From Phoronis australis (lineage: Eukaryota; Animalia; Phoronida): a stretch of DNA of 64,000 nucleotides. The stretch covers positions 726,455 to 790,454 of the forward strand of contig NMRA01000163.1 of assembly GCA_002633005.1 (NCBI GenBank), read 5' to 3'. Below are positions 49,600 to 62,830 of the stretch, one piece after another (within the stretch, counting starts at the first letter, position 1; every line of letters starts with the position of its first letter). A program made the position numbers and the translations under genes. A model generated the notes under the pieces. It had not been told where the DNA came from, made no database searches, and saw only the letters and a program-made list of their open reading frames with translations.

Positions 49600-52500
49600 G
49601 GTTGAAAGTATTAGATCAAAAGAGATCTGCCGAAGGCAAAGCTAACCGAGGGTTCCTTATTGAACAAGCAATCGAGATCTCGTGCAAAACGGGACTGCAT
49701 TACATTTTTGAAGCTGACCTATTGAGTTAGTGATATTTTCAAAAATGATATCTGTCTCATCAGACTAGGAAAGGGAAGTGCAGTGAATGAGGACGATGTC
49801 AAATTCGGAAGTGAAACACGCCTAGAGCCTATGTACCTGTAACGAAGGATATCTGTCTTCAGACAAGCAAGGGAAGTGCAATGAACTACGGGTATGTCGA
49901 AAGTGGTTGTGGTGAGGTTTTGGTGGTAGTGGAGTGGTTCTGCATGGTGGGGGTAGAGTGATGCTACGGTGAGGGGACATGGTGATGTTGAGGGTGAGGT
50001 GTTGGATGTGATGAAGGTAGAAGCGCTGTCTATATCTTTAAGGGAATTGCGTTAGATCCTCTAAGAAGGGTCACCACTCCCTTCACTGGAGGCTGCCAGC
50101 AGAGTACCTTTAAACAGTTTATTTGTTTGCGGTAGAACTAAATGGGGAGTTGTAGGGAGAGACCAAGTGAAGGACGTGCTTAGCAATTACAAATTTACAG
50201 GAGGCCAAACACTGAAACATTTGAAGTTAAGGTTTATTCTTTCAACAAGCAATCGAGATATTAGGTTAAACGGGCCTGCCTTTTATTTTACTTCTGCAGA
50301 AGGCGGGGATAACCGAGCTAGGATATCTGATACGCAAGGGGAAGTACAATGAAATAGGATTATGTCAAACGTGGTTGCGACGAGGTTTTGATGGTAGTGG
50401 ATTGGTTCTGGTGGGGGAAGGGTGGTGTTACGGGAGAAGGACACGATGAAAATGATAGTGAGGTGGTGGGTGTGGTGGAGGGAACTGGGTCAGGTCCTCT
50501 AGGCAAGGTCGCCACTCCCTTCACTGGAGGCTGCCAGCAGAGTACCTTGAAACAGTTTATGTGATCGCGGTAGACCTATATTAGGTGTTGCAGGGAGCGA
50601 CCAAGTGAGTGAGGAAATAGCAATTAACAAAATTACAGACGGACAAATATTGAAACATTTCAAATTAAGGTTTACTCTTTGAACAAGTAGTCTAGATATT
50701 TCGTTAAACGGTGCTGCATTTTACTTTGGAAGGCCTCTTGATTAACTGATATCTTCAACAGACAGGGCTAACCGAGCTAGGATATTTGTCTAATCAGATA
50801 AGCAAGAGGACGTGCAATAAACAAGGAGTATGTCGAAAGTGGTAGGGGTGACGTTTTGGTGGTAGTTGAGTGGTTCTGGGGGGGCAGTGGTGAAGGTAAG
50901 GGGAGAAGACATGTGAATATAAATGTAGTGTGGTTGGAGTGGCAATGGTGATTGTAGTCATGGTGATCGTGAGGATGGCGATGGTGGTGTTTCTGGAGTT
51001 TTTCAAGTTCTTCCACTTTAAAAAACGTTTTGGTGGTGGCTGAATGGTCGTGAAGAGGTAGTTTTGTCTCGGGAGAGGTACTGAGGATATGGGTGTTGGA
51101 AATGGTGGTGACGCCAATGGTGGTACTCTGGGCATTGGTTGTGTTTTGTGCAATGGTTGTGCTCTGGCATTTGCTGAATCGCTTCACCATCGCAACTTAG
51201 TTTAGGAAATGGTCGGATGGAAGTAGTTAGGGTAGTGGTGGTGGTGCTACCGGGGGAGGACATGATGATGGCGTTGTGGATGTGAGGAAGGTGGACGTGT
51301 TCCATATAATTTTAAGGGAACGGTGTCAGCTCCTCTAGGAAGGGTCGCTACTCCCTTTCACTGGAGGCTGCCAGTGGAGTACCTGAAAATAGGATAGGTG
51401 GTTATGTTAGGTCTTTACTAAGCGTTGGCGTTGGAATTAGAGCCCAAGTGAATGACATGCTTAGCAAAGCGGTGAAAAGGAAACGGTCTATATAAACCAG
51501 CAAAAGAGAACTTCAGACGTATTGAATGTCAATTTTCTATTGATTTGCACTCGCTCGAAAAAGATGTGGAAAACAGAAATTACAGAAAACCAAACATTGA
51601 AACATTAAATTTAGGACTTACTGTTTGAACAAGCAATCGAGATAGTACCTTAAACAAGATGGCTTTCATTTTACTTTTGAAAATATCTTCAACAGACAGG
51701 GCTAACTGATCTAGGATATCTGTCTACTCGTACAAGCAAGGGGAAGCACAATGAACTAGGATCACTTCAAAAGTGGTCACGGTGAGGTTTTGGTGGTAGT
51801 GGAGTGGTTTTGGTGGGGGTAGGATGGTGTTACGGGAAAGGGACATGGTGGTGGTGATGGTGAGGTGGTGGGTGTGGTGAAGGTGGAGGTAATTCTGTTA
51901 GCTTCTTTAGGTAGGGTCACCAATCCCTTCACTGGAGGCTGCCAGCAGATTAACTTGAAACGATTTATGTTTTCTCGGTAGACCTATGTAAGGTGTTGCA
52001 GGAAGCGACCAAGTGAGGGACGCGCTTAGCAATTAATAAAATTACAGAAGGACAAATATTGAAACATTTGAAGTTAAGGTTTAGTCTTTGAAAAAGTAGT
52101 CAAGATATTTCGTTAAACGAGGCTGTCTTGCATGTTACTTTTGAAGGCTTCTTGATTAACTGATATCTTCAACAGACAGGGCTAACCGAGCTAGGATATC
52201 TGTCTAATCAGATAAGCAAGAGGACGTGCAATAAACAAGGAGTATGTCAAAAATGGTTGTGATGAGGTTTTGGTGATAGTGGAGTGCTTCTGATGGGGGT
52301 AGTTGTAGGGTTAAGTGAAGAAGAAATGTGGATATAAAAATAGTGCATTTGGAGTGGCAATGGTGATTGTAGTTATGGTGATCATGGAAAAGGTGAATAT
52401 TGCGATGATGGTGTTTTGGGTGCTTGCCAAGTTGTTCCTCTTTCACAAAAAGTCCTCGATGGTGGTGGGATGGTCCTGATTATGTGGTTGTATGTGATGA

Positions 52501-55500
52501 GGAGGTAGTGAGGAGATTCGTGGCGGAAATGGTGGTGACGCCAATGGTGGTACTTTGGGCATTGGTGGTGTTTTGGGCATTGGTTGTGTTCTGGCTTTTG
52601 GTGAATCACCTCACTCTCACAACTGAATTTAAGAGTTGGTGGGGTGGCAGTGGTGGGAATAGAGGTGGTGGTGCTACTGGGAGGACATGATGGTGGCGTG
52701 GTGGACATGAGGAAGGTGGACGTGTTTCATGGAATTTTAAGGGAACGGTGTCAGNTGGTGAATCACCTCACTCTCACAACTGAATTTAAGAATTGGTGGG
52801 GTGGCAGTGGTGGGAATAGAGGTGGTGGTGCTACGGGGAGGACATGATGGTGGCGTGGTGGACATGAGGATGGTGGACGTGTTTCATGGAATTTTAAGGG
52901 AACGGTGTCAGCTCCTCCAGGAAGCGCCGCTACTCCCTTTCACTGGACGTTGCCAGTGGAGTGCCTGAAACTTGAATAAAGAGTTATGTTAGGTCTATAC
53001 GGAGTTTTGGAAGGATGGGGTAACGGTATGTGCGCTCAGCTAGAAATTGTGGACGGCAATTTTGTGCTGTGCAGTGCACGCTTTCTCTTGTTTGTAAACT
53101 AATATGTAATAGGGCTTGAGTGAATCGATATGGAATAAAAATTGTGAGATGAGGTTGAGAAAGAAGTGATCGTGGAAAAGGCGGAGGTGGTGATGGTGAT
53201 GTTTTCCGGCGCTTGCCAAATTGTTCCTTTCCCACAAAACGCTTTGGTTGTGGTGAGTTCATCCTGGTGGGGTGGATGAGTGTGGAGAAAGTTAGCGAGG
53301 ATATCGGTGGTATTCTGGGCATCCGTTGTGCTCTGGCGTTTGCTGAAACGCATCACTCTAACAAGTTAATTTAGGAAATGGTGGGGAGGAAGTAGTGAGT
53401 GTAGCGGTGGTGATGCTATGGAAGGAGGACATCATGGTGGCGTGGTGGATGTGAGGAAGGTTGACGTGTTCCATATGATTTTAAGGGGCTAGATGGTTAT
53501 GTTAGGTCTTCACTAAGCGTTGACGTTGGAAGGAGAGCCCAAGTGAATGGCATGCTTAGCAAATCGTTGGGAAAGGAAACGGTCTAGTTAGACCAGAAAA
53601 AGAGAACTTCAGAGGTATTGAATTCAATTTTCTATTGATTTACACTCGCTCGAAAAAAGATGTGGAAAACAGAAATTACAGAAAGCCAAACATTGAAACA
53701 TTTAAATTTAAGATTCACTGTTTGAACAAGCAATCGAGATATTACCTTAAACAGGATGGCTTTCATTTTACTTTTGAAAATATCTTCAACAAACAGGGAT
53801 AACTGAGCTAGAATATCTGTCTACTCGGATAAGCTAAGGAAAGCACAATGAACTAGGATCATGTCAGAACCTGGTCGCGGTGAGGTTTTGGTGGTAATGG
53901 AGTGGTTCCGGTGGGGGTAGGGTGGTGTTAAGGGAACGGGACATGATAGTGGTGATGGTGAGGTGGTGGGTGTGGTGAAGGTGAAGGGAATTGGGTTAGC
54001 TCCTCTAGGTAGGGTCGCCACTCCCTTCACTGGAGGCTGCCAGCAGAGTATCTTGAAACAATTTATGTGGTCGCGGTAAACTTATATGAGATGTGGCAGG
54101 AAGAGACCAAGTGAGGGACGCGCTTAGCAATTAACAAAATTACAGAAGGACAAATATTGAAGCATTTGAAGTGAAGGTTCACTCTTTGAAAAGGCAGTCA
54201 ATGTATTTCCTTAAGCGAGGCTGTCTTGCATTTTATTATTGAAGGCTTTTTGATTAACTGATATCTTCAACATACAGGGCTGACCGAGTTAGGATATTTG
54301 TCTAATCCCATAAGCAGGGAGAAGTGCAATGGACTTGGATAGTGTCAGAAGTGGTTATGGTGAGGTTTTGATGGTAGTGGAGTGGTTCTGGTTGGGGTAG
54401 TGGTAGGGATAAGGGAAGAAGACAAGTGAATATAAAGATAGTATGGTTAGAGTGGAGATGCTGATTGTAGTTATGGTGATCGTGGAAAAGGTGGATGTGG
54501 CAATAGTGGTGTTTTGGGTGCTTGCCAAGTTGTTCCTCTTTCACAAAACGCCCCGATGGTGGTGGGATGGTCCTGATTATGTGGTTTTGTGTTATGGGGA
54601 GGTAGTGAGAAGATTCGTGGTGGAAATGGTAGTGACGCCAATGTGGGCATTGGTGGTGTTTTTGGCATCTTTTGTGATCTGGCATTTGCAGAATCGCCTG
54701 ACTCTCACAACTTAGTTGAGAAATTGGTGGGGTGGAAGTGGTAGGGATAGAGATGGTGGTGCAACGGAGAGGACATGATGATGGCGTGGTAGATATGAAG
54801 GAGGTGGACGAGTTTCATGAAATTTTAAGGGATCGGTGTCAGCTCCTCTAGGAAGGGTCGCTACTACCTTTCACTGGAGGCTGCCAGTGGAGTACCTGAA
54901 AATTGAATAGGTGCTTATGTTAGGTCTATACTAAACGTTGGCGATGGAATGAGAGCCCAAATGAATGACGTGCTTAGCAAAGCGGTGCAAATACAACGGA
55001 CTAATTAGACCAGCAAAAGAGAACATCAGGCGTGTTGAATATCAATTTTTCATTGATCAGCACTTACTGGAAAAAAGATGTGGAAAACAGAAATTAATGA
55101 AAGCCAAAAATTGAAACATTTAAATTTTAGAGTTACTGTTTGAACAAGCAATCGAGATGTTACGTTAAACAAGACTGGCATTCATTTTACTTTTGAAAAT
55201 TTCTTCAACAGAGAGGGCTAACTGAGTTAGGATACCTGAATACTCGGACAAGCAAGGGGAAGAACAGTGAATTAGGATCATGTCAAAAGTGGTCGCGATG
55301 GGGTTTTGGTGGTAGTGGAGTGGTTCTGGTGGGGGTAGTGGGGGAGTTACGAGAAAAAAATAGTGTGGTTGGAGTTGCAATCGTGATTGGAGTTATGATG
55401 ATCGTGGGAATGGCGATGGTGGTGTTTCCGGAGCTTGCTGAGTTTTTCCACTTTCACAAAAACTTTTTGGTGGTGGTGGGATGGTCGTGATGATGTAGTT

Positions 55501-58500
55501 GTGTCTGGGGGGGAGTACTGAGGATATTGGTGTTGGAAATGGTAGTGACGCCAATGGTGATACTTTGGGCATTGGTTGTGCTCTGGCATTTGCTTAATCC
55601 CTTCATTTTCACAACTTATTTTAGGAAATGGTGGGGTGGAAGTAGTGAGGGTAGTGGTGATGGTGATACGGAGGGGAGGACATGATGATGGCGTGGTGAA
55701 TTTTAGGAAGGTGGACGTGTTTCATATATTTTGAAGGGAACGGTGTCAGCTCTTCTAGGAAGGGTCGCTACTCCCTTTCACTGGAGGCTGCCAGTGGAGT
55801 ACCTGAAAATAGAATAGGTGCTTATCTTAGGTCTATACTAAACGTTGGCGATGGAATGAGAGCCCAAATGAATGACGTGCTTAGCAAAGCGTTGAAAAGG
55901 AAATGGTCTAGTTAGACCAGCAAAAGAGAACTTCAAACGTATTGAATGTCAATTTTCTATTGATCTGAACTCACTCGAAAAAAGATGTGAACAACAGAAA
56001 TTACAGAAAGCCAATCATTGAAACTTTTAAATTTTAAATTTACTGTTTGAACTAGCAATCGAGATGTTACGTTAATTATGACTGGCTTTAATTTTAGTTT
56101 TGAAAATAAGTTCAACAGACCGGGCTAACTGAGCTACGATATCTGTCTATTCAGATAAACAAGGAGAAGTGCAGTGGACTTGGATTGTTTCAAAAATGGT
56201 TGTGGTGAGGTTTTGGTCATAGTGGAGTGCTTCTGATGGGGGTAGTTGTAGGGTTAACGGAAAAAGACATCGTGAATATAAAAATAGTGCGGTTGGAGTG
56301 GCAATGGTGAATGTAGTTATGGTGATCATGGAAAAGGTGAATATTGCGATGGTAGTAATTTGGGTGATTGCCAAGTTGTTGCTCTTTCACAAAAAATCCT
56401 CGATGGTGGTGGGGTGGTCCTAATTATGTGGTTGTGTGTGATGGGGAGGTAGTGAGGAGATTCGTGGTGGAAATTGCTGTGACGCCAATGTGGGCATTGG
56501 TGGTGTTTTGGGCATTAGTTTTGTTCTGGCATTTTCTGAATCGCCTCACTCTCACAACTTAGTTTAGGAATTGGTGATGTGGCAATGGTAGGATTAGAGG
56601 TGGTGGTGGTACGGGGGGGGGACATGATGGTAGCGTGGTAGATATGAAGGAGGTGGACGTGTTTCATGTAATTTTAAGGGATCGGTGTCAGCTCCTCTAG
56701 GAAGGGTCGCAACTCCCTTTCACTGGAGGCTGCCAGTGGAGTACCTGAAAACAGAATAGGTGGTTATGATAGGTCTATACTAAGCGTTGGCGATGGAAGG
56801 AGAGCCATGCAATTGAATGATGTGCTTAGCAAAGCGGTGCAAATGCAACGGTTTAGTTAGACCAGCAAATTAGAACGTCAAACGTATTGAATGTCAATTT
56901 TCTATTGATCTGCACTTACCAGAAAAAAGATGAGAAAAACAGAAATTACAGAAAGCCAAACATTGAAACATTTAAATTTTAGATTTACTGTTTGAACAAG
57001 CAATCGAGATGTTACGATAAAGAGGACTGGCTTTTATTTTGCTTTTGAAAATATCTTCAACAGACAGGGTTAACTGAGCTAAGATATCTGTCTACTCGGA
57101 AAAGCACGGAGAAGCACAATGAACTAGGATTAGGTCGAAAGTGGTCGCGATGACGTATTGGTGGTAGTGGTGTGGTTCTGGTGAGGGTAGGATGGTGTTA
57201 CGGGAAGGGGACATGATGGTGGTGATGGTGAGGTGGTGGGTGTGGTAAAAGAGGAAGGAATCGGGTTAGCTCCTCTAGGTAGGGTCGCCACTCCCTTCAC
57301 TGGAGGCTGCCAGCAGAGTACCTTGAAACAATTTATGTGGTCGTGGTAGACCTATGTGAAGTGATGCAGGAAGAGGCCAACTGAGGGACGCGCTTAGCAA
57401 TTGAAAAAATTACAGAAGCACAAATATTGAAACATTTGAAGTTAAGGTTTACTCTTTCAAGAAGTAGTAAAGAGAGTTCGTTAAGCGAGGCTGTCTTGCA
57501 TTTTACCTTTAAAGCTCCTTGATTAACTGATATCTTCAACAGACAGGGCTAACCGAGCTAGGATATCTGTCTAATCAGATAAGCAAGGAGAAGTGCAGTG
57601 GACTTTAATTGTGTCAAAAGTGGTTGTGGTGAGGTTTTGGTGGTAGTGGAGTTGTTCTGGTAGGGGTAGTGATGGAATTACCGGAAGAGGACATGTGAAT
57701 ATAACAAGTGTGGTTTGAGTAGCAATCGTAATTGTAGTTACTTTGATCGTGAGGATGGCGATGGTGACGTTTCCGGAGATTGGCAAGTTCTTCCACTTTC
57801 ACAAAAACGTTTTGGTGGTGGTGGGATGGTCGTGATGACGTAGTTGCGTCTGGGGGGGATACTGAGGATATTGGTGTTGAAAATGGTGTTGAACCCAATA
57901 GTGGTACTCTGGGCATTATTGGTGTTTTGTGCATTGGTTGTGTTCTGGCATTTGCTGAATCCCTTCACCCTCAAAACTTAGTTTAGGAAATGGTCTGGTG
58001 GAAGTAGTGAGGGTAGTGGTGGTGCTGGTGCTAGGGGGACATGATGATGGCGTGGTGGATGAGAGGAAGGTGGGCGTGTTCCGAGTAATTTTAAGGGAAC
58101 GGTGTCAGCTCCTCTAGGAAGGAAAACGGAAACGGTCTAGTTAGATCAGCAAAAGAGAACTACAGAGGTATTGAATGTCACTTTTCTATTGATCTGCACT
58201 TACTAGAAAAAAGATGTGGAAAAAAGAATTTACAGAAGGCCAAATATTGAAACATTTAAATTTCAGATTTACAGTTTGAACAAGCAATCGAGATGTTACA
58301 ATAAACAGGACAGGCTTTCATATTACTTTTGAAAATATCTTCAACAGATATGGTTAACTGAGCTAGGATATTTGTCTACTCGGAGAAGCAAGGACAATCA
58401 CAAAGAACTAGGATCATGTCAACAGTGGTCGCGGTGATGTTTTGGTGGTAATGGAGTGGTTCCGGTAGGGTACGATGGTTTTACGGGAAGGGGACATGAT

Positions 58501-61500
58501 GGTGGTGGGTGTGGTGAAGGTGGGGGGAATTGGGTTAGCTTCTCTAGGTAGGGTCGCCACTCCCATCACTGAAGGCTGCCAGCAGGGTATCTTGAAACAA
58601 TTTATGTGGTAGCGGTAAATCTATATGAGGAGTGGCAGGAAGAGATAAACTGAGGGACGCGCTTAGCAATTAACAAAATTACAGAAGGAAAAATAGTGAA
58701 ACATTTAAAGTTAAGGTTTACTCTTTGAACAAGTAGTCAAGATATTTCGTTAAGCGAGGCTGTCTTGCATTTTTCTTTTAAATGCTTCATGATTAACTGA
58801 TATCTTTAACAGACAGGGCTAACCGAGCTAGGATATCTGTCTAATCAGATAAGCAAGGAGAAGTGCAGTGGACTTGGATTGTGTCAAAAGTGGTTGTGGT
58901 GAGGTTTTTGTGGTAGTGGAGTGCTTCTGGTGGGAGTACTGATGGAGTTACGAGAAGAGGACATGTGAATATAAAAAGTGTGGTTTGAGTGGCAATCGTG
59001 ATTGTAGTTATAGTGATCGCGAGGATGGCGATGGTGGTGTTTCCGGAGATTGGCAAGTTCTTCCACTTTCACAAAAACGATTTGGTGATGGGGAGATGGT
59101 CGTAATGAGGTAGTTGTGTCTGGGGGTACTGAGGATATTGGTTTTGAAAACGGTGGTGACGCCAAAGGTGATACTTTGGGCATTGGTTGTGCTCTGGCAT
59201 TTGCTTAATCCTTTCTCCCTCACAACTTATTTTAGGAAATGGTCGGGTGGAAGTACTAAGGGTACTGGTGGTGATGCTCCGGGGGAGGACATGATGATGG
59301 CGTGGTGAATATTAGGAAGGTGGACGAGTTCCATATAATTTGAAGGGAACGGTGTCAGCTCTTCTAGTAAGGGTCGCTACTCCCTTTCACTGGAGGCTGC
59401 CAGTGGAGTACCTGAAAATTGAATAGGCTTCTGATGTTAGGTCTATACTAAACGTTGGCTATGGAATGAGAGCCCAAATGAATGACGTGCTTAGCAAAGC
59501 GTTGAAAAGGAAATGGTCTAGTTAGACCGGCAAAAGAGAACTTCAAACGTATTGAATGTCAATTTCCTATTGATCTGCACTCACTCGAAAAAAGATGTGA
59601 AAAACAGAAATTACAGAAAGCCAATCATTGAAACTTTTAAATTTTAAATTTACTGTTTGAACTAGCCATCGAGATGTTACGTTATTTATGACTGGCTTTC
59701 ATTTTACTTTTGAAAATATCTTCAACATATCGGGCTAACTGAGCTAGGATATCTGTCTATTCAGATAAGCAAGGAGAAGTGCAGTGGATTTTAATTGTGT
59801 CAAAAGTGGTTGTGGTGAGGTTTTTGTGGTAGTGTAGTGCTTCTGATGGGAGTACTGATGGAGTTACGAGAAGAGGACATGTGAATATAAAAAGTGTGGT
59901 TTGAGTGGCAATCGTGATTGTAGTTATAGTGATCGCGAGGATGGCGATGGTGGTGTTTCCGGAGATTGGCAAGTTCTTCCACTTTCACAAAAACGTTTTG
60001 GTGATGGGGGGATGGTCGTAATGAGGTAGTTGTGTCTGGGGGTACTGATGATATTGGTTTTGAAAACGGTGGTGACGCCAAAGGTGATACTTTGGGCATT
60101 GGTTGTGCTCTGGCATTTGCTTAATCCCTTCTCCCTCACAACTTATTTTAGGAAATGGTCGGGTGGAAGTACTAAGGGTACTGGTGGTGATGCTACGGGG
60201 GAGGACATGATGATGGCGTGGTGAATATTAGGAAGGTGGACGAGTTCCATATAATTTGAAGGGAACGGTGTCAGCTCTTCTAGGAAGGGTCGCTACTCCC
60301 TTTCACTGGAGGCTGCCAGTGGAGTACCTGAAAATTGAATAGGTGCTTATGTTAGGTCTATACTAAACGTTGGCTATGGAATGAGAGCCCAAATGAAAGA
60401 CGTGCTTAGCAAAGCGTTGAAAAGGAAATGGTCTAGTTAGACCGGCAAAAGAGAACTTCAAACGTATTGAATGTCAATTTTCTATTGATCTGCACTCACT
60501 CGAAAAAAGATGTGAAAAACAGAAATTACAGAAAGCCAATCATTAAAACTTTTAAATTTTAAATTTACTGTTTGAACTAGCCATCGAGATGTTACGTTAA
60601 TTATGACTGGCTTTCATTTTACTTTTGAAAATATCTTCAACATATCGGGCTAACTGAGCTAGGATATCTGTCTATTCAAATAAGCAAGGAGAAGTGCAGT
60701 GGACTTAGATTGTGTCAAAAATGGTTGTGATGAGGTTTTGGTGATAGTGGAGTGCTTCTGATGGGGGTAGTTGTAGGGTTAAGTGAAGAAGAAATGTGAA
60801 AATAAAAATAGTGCATTTGGAGTGGCAATGGTGATTGTAGTTATGGTGATCATGGAAAAGGTGAATATTGCGATGGTGGTGTTTTGGGTGCTTGCCAAGT
60901 TGTTCCTCTTTCACAAAAAGTCCTCGATGGTGGGGGGGTGGTCCTGATTATGTGGTTGTGTGTAATGGGGAGGTAGTGAGGAGATTCGTGGTGGAAATTG
61001 TTGTGACGCCAATGTGGGCATTGGTGGTGTTTTGGGCATTAGTTATGATCTGGCATTTTCTGAATCGTCTCACTCTCACAACTTAGTTTAGGAATTGGTG
61101 GGGTGGCATTGGTAGGGATACAGGTGGTGGTGCTACGGAGAGGACATGATGGTAGCGTGGTAGATATGAAGGAGGTGGACGAGTTTCATGTAATTTTAAG
61201 GGAACGGTGTCAGCTCCTCTAGGAAGGGTCGCTACTCCCTTTCACTGGAGGCTGCCAGTGGAGTACCTGAGAATAGAATAGGTGGTTATGATAGATCTAT
61301 ACTAAGCGTTGGATTTGGAAGGAGAGCCCAAGTGAATGTTGTGCTTAGCAAAGCGGTGAAAATGCAACGATCTATTTGGTCCAGCAAAAGAGAACTACAG
61401 ACGTATTGAATGTCAATTTTCTATTGATCTGCACTTACTCAAAAAAGATATGGAAAACAGAAATTACAGAAAGCCAAACACTGAAACAATTAAATTTTAG

Positions 61501-62830
61501 ATTTACTGTTTGAACAAGCTATCGAGATGTTACGATAAAGAGGACTGGCTTTTATTTTACTTTTGAAAATACCTTCAACAGACAGGGTTAACTGAGCTAG
61601 GATATCTGTCTACTCGGATAAGCAAGTAGAAGCATAATGAACTAGGATCATGTCAAAAGTGGTTGCGGTGAGGATTTGGTGGTTTTGGACTGGTTCCGGC
61701 GGTGAGGATGGTGTTACGAGAAGGGGACATGATGGTGGTGATAGTGGGGTGGTGGGTGTGGGGAAGGTGGAGGGAATTGTGTTAGCTCCTCTAGGTAGGG
61801 TCGCCACTCCCTTCACTGGAGGCTGCCAGCAGAGTACCTTGAAACAATTTATGTGGTCGTGGTAGACCTATATGAAGTGTTGCAGGANNNNNNNNNNNNN
61901 NNNNNNNNNNNNNNNNNNNNNNNNNNNNNNNNNNNNNNNNNNNNNNNNNNNNNNNNNNNNNNNNNNNNNNNNNNNNNNNNNNNNNNNNNNNNNNNNNNNN
62001 NNNNNNNNNNNNNNNNNNNNNNNNNNNNNNNNNNNNNNNNNNNNNNNNNNNNNNNNNNNNNNNNNNNNNNNNNNNNNNNNNNNNNNNNNNNNNNNNNNNN
62101 NNNNNNNNNNNNNNNNNNNNNNNNNNNNNNNNNNNNNNNNNNNNNNNNNNNNNNNNNNNNNNNNNNNNNNNNNNNNNNNNNNNNNNNNNNNNNNNNNNNN
62201 NNNNNNNNNNNNNNNNNNNNNNNNNNNNNNNNNNNNNNNNNNNNNNNNNNNNNNNNNNNNNNNNNNNNNNNNNNNNNNNNNNNNNNNNNNNNNNNNNNNN
62301 NNNNNNNNNNNNNNNNNNNNNNNNNNNNNNNNNNNNNNNNNNNNNNNNATGATAGGTCTATACTAAGCGTTGGCGATGGAAGGAGAGCCATGCAAGTGAA
62401 TGACATGCTTAGCAAAGCGGTGCAAATGCAACGGTTTAGTTAGACCAGCAAATTAGAACGTCAGACGTATTGAATGTCAATTTTCTATTGATCTGCACTG
62501 ACCATAGAAAGATGAGAAAAACATAAATTACAGAAAGCCAAACATTGAAACATTTAAATTTTAGATTTACTGTTTGAACAAGCAATCGAGATGTTACGAT
62601 AAACAGGACTGGCTTTCATTTTACTTTTGAAACTATCTATGTTACGATAAACAGGACTGGCTTTCATTTTACTTTTGAAACTATCTTCAACAGGCTGGGC
62701 TAACTGAGCTAAGATATCTGTCTACTCGGATAAGCACGGAGAAGCACAATGAACTAGGCCCATGTCAAAAGTGGTCGCGGTGAGGTTTTGGTGGCACTGG
62801 AATGGTTCCGGTGGGGGTAGGATGGTGTTG
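49600..62830. repeat. ~13-kb composite tandem array of short (~0.45-0.6 kb) and long (~0.85-1.0 kb) related monomers
   Basis: CACTGGAGGCTGCCAG or a close variant occurs at ~50085, 50522, 51360, 51930, 52941, 54028, 54872, 55779, 56721, 57298, 58568, 59388, 60304, 61243 and 61814. Each monomer is an AT-rich block plus a GGT-rich block. Confidence 0.95.
61888..62348. other. Assembly gap inside the array
   Basis: Run of N. Confidence 0.99.

Noticed and set aside
52598-52911. Near-exact ~155-bp duplication within the array
   Set aside because: The junction is a single N (52755), so it is probably an assembly artefact.
50777-61086. Many His/Thr/Pro-rich ORFs as individual genes
   Set aside because: They overlap in several frames because the CAC/ACC-rich strand lacks stop codons. 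They are treated collectively as the array.
61849-62443. Long ORFs in the ORF track
   Set aside because: They consist of N-gap translation.
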